Under the pieces are notes generated by a model. The model saw only the letters and a program-made list of their open reading frames with translations. It was not told the origin of the DNA and searched no databases. The position numbers and the translations under genes were made by a program. 8,268 nucleotides of DNA from Octopus sinensis (lineage: Eukaryota): assembly GCF_006345805.1 (NCBI RefSeq), contig NW_021828456.1, positions 1 to 8,268 on the forward strand, written 5' to 3'. Shown here in pieces: positions 6,933 to 8,268 of this stretch (position 1 is the stretch's first letter; every line of letters begins with the position of its first letter).

Positions 6933-7256
6933 TGTGTGTATGTGTGTGAGTGTGTGCGTGTGTGTGTGCGTGAGTGTGTGTATGTGTGTGAGTGTTTGCG
7001 TATGTCTGTGCGTGAGTTTGTGTGTGCGTGCGTCAATGGTGTAGTGGGTGGTGGGTGGGTGGGTGCGTGCGTGAATGTGTGTGTGAGGGTGTGTATGTGT
7101 GTGAGTGTGTGTGTGTGCGTGAGTGTGTGTGTGCATGCGTGCTTGAATGTGTGTGTGTGAGTGTGTGTATGTGGGTGATTGTTTGCGTATGTCTGTGCGT
7201 GAGTGTGTGTGTGCGTGCGTGCGTGCGTGCGTGAATGTGTGTGTGAGGGTGTGTGT

Positions 7257-7293
<37 letters not shown>

Positions 7294-7435
7294 CGCGCGT
7301 GAAGGGGTGCGTGTGATGGTGTGTATGTGTGTGAGTGTGCGCGTGTGTGTGTCGGTGGGTGTGTGTGCGTACGTGCACGAATGTGTGTGTGTGTGAGTGT
7401 GTGTGTATGAGGGTGAGTTGTGCGTGTGTGTGTGT
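6875..7435. repeat. About 560-bp compound (TG/TGCG/TGAG)n tract with internal duplication
   Basis: Directly visible. It is the source of the His/Thr- and Cys/Val-rich ORFs at 6825-7461. Confidence 0.95.
7046..7063 (+). other. Canonical G-quadruplex motif
   Basis: GGG-TGGT-GGG-T-GGG-T-GGG fits G3(N1-7G3)3. Confidence 0.6.
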
Positions 7436-7522
7436 TTTAAAAAAGAAACTAGGAAGTGCATATTTTTAATTCAATGTTATACGTCTTTCATTATAGGAAA
7501 CACGTTATGAACATAAATAATA

Positions 7523-7678
7523 CTTTCTAAAATAAGCACAACGCCTGGATTTTGTGGGGAGAGGTGATAAGTCGATTTATCGACCAAGAAAGAATAAAAA
7601 GCAAAGTCGATCTCGACGGAATTTGAACTCAGAACGTAGCGCAGAACGTCGTGCTAACGATTCTCCCAGCTCACCTTC
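7523..7678 (-). mobile_element. SINE family A with head and tail but two internal deletions
   Basis: gcaaagtcgatctcgacggaatttgaactcagaacgtagcg (reverse-complement B box), cgtgctaacgattctcccagctcacc (head), and tail gcacaacgcctggattttgtgggga matching 7944-7979. Confidence 0.85.
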
Positions 7679-7680
7679 TG

Positions 7681-7693
7681 AATGATAATGATG

Positions 7694-7751
<58 letters not shown>

Positions 7752-7941
7752 CAATAATAATAATAAGAAGAAGAAGAAGGAGGAGGAGGAGGATGAGGAG
7801 GAGAGAAGAAGAAGAAGAAGAAGAAGAAGAAGAACGAAGAGAAGAAGAAGAAGAAGAAGAAGAAGAAGAAGAAGAAGAGAAAAAGAAGAGAAGAAGAAGA
7901 AAAGAAGAAGAGAACAACAACAACAACAACAACAACAATAA
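7681..7941. repeat. Compound trinucleotide array (AAT)n-(AAG)n-(GAG)n-(AAG)n-(AAC)n
   Basis: Directly visible. It produces the homopolymeric ORFs at 7651-8005. Confidence 0.97.
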
Positions 7942-7943
7942 CG

Positions 7944-7979
7944 CTTTCTACTATAGCACAAGGCCTGAAATTTTGGGGA
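7944..7979 (-). mobile_element. 3' tail fragment of SINE family A
   Basis: CTTTCTACTATAGCACAAGGCCTGAAATTTTGGGGA resembles the reverse complement of 5883-5920 (cccacaaaattttgggcattgtgcctagagtaggaaag). Confidence 0.7.
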
Positions 7980-8007
7980 AAGAACTATTCGAACTTGAAA
8001 GGTAGCG

Positions 8008-8052
8008 ATAATAATAATAATATAATAATAATAATAATAATATATAATATAA

Positions 8053-8140
<88 letters not shown>

Positions 8141-8268
8141 TAATAATAATAATAATAATATAATGATGATGATAATAATAATAATAATAATGATAATAAT
8201 AATAATCATAATAATAATAATAATAATATAATAATATAATAATATAATAATAATAATAATAATAATAA
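8008..8268. repeat. (AAT)n microsatellite running off the window end
   Basis: Directly visible, with occasional ATAT and GAT interruptions. Confidence 0.97.

Noticed and set aside
6825-8209. His/Thr-, Cys/Val-, poly-N/I/L/R/E/Y ORFs
   Set aside because: They are direct translations of (TG)n and trinucleotide microsatellites.

Overview
This window is eukaryotic non-coding DNA (intron or intergenic), dominated by microsatellites and retroposons. From my recall of similar repeat sequences (not a database search), the SINE-like repeats point to a coleoid cephalopod, probably Octopus. I cannot support any intact protein-coding gene. Most listed ORFs are translations of simple repeats (CA/TG, CTA/CTC, AAT/AAG, GA), and I recognise no protein in the rest. 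The window holds two tRNA-derived SINE families. Family A has a dimeric + copy at 5540-5922 and - copies or fragments at 3800-3945, 7523-7678 and 7944-7979. Family B has a near-complete - copy at 1924-2400, a + copy at 6348-6715 and a bare 3' tail at 6039-6083. There is also a decayed LINE ORF2 C-terminal relic at about 3965-4205, a possible hAT-type terminus at about 1835-1900, and a CpG-rich unique segment (about 2860-3420) followed by Z-DNA-prone and triplex-prone tracts. I do not see a convincing new biological system. The best leads are a structurally conserved two-hairpin module shared by both SINE families, inverted SINE pairs that could be ADAR substrates, and a candidate cis-regulatory module.
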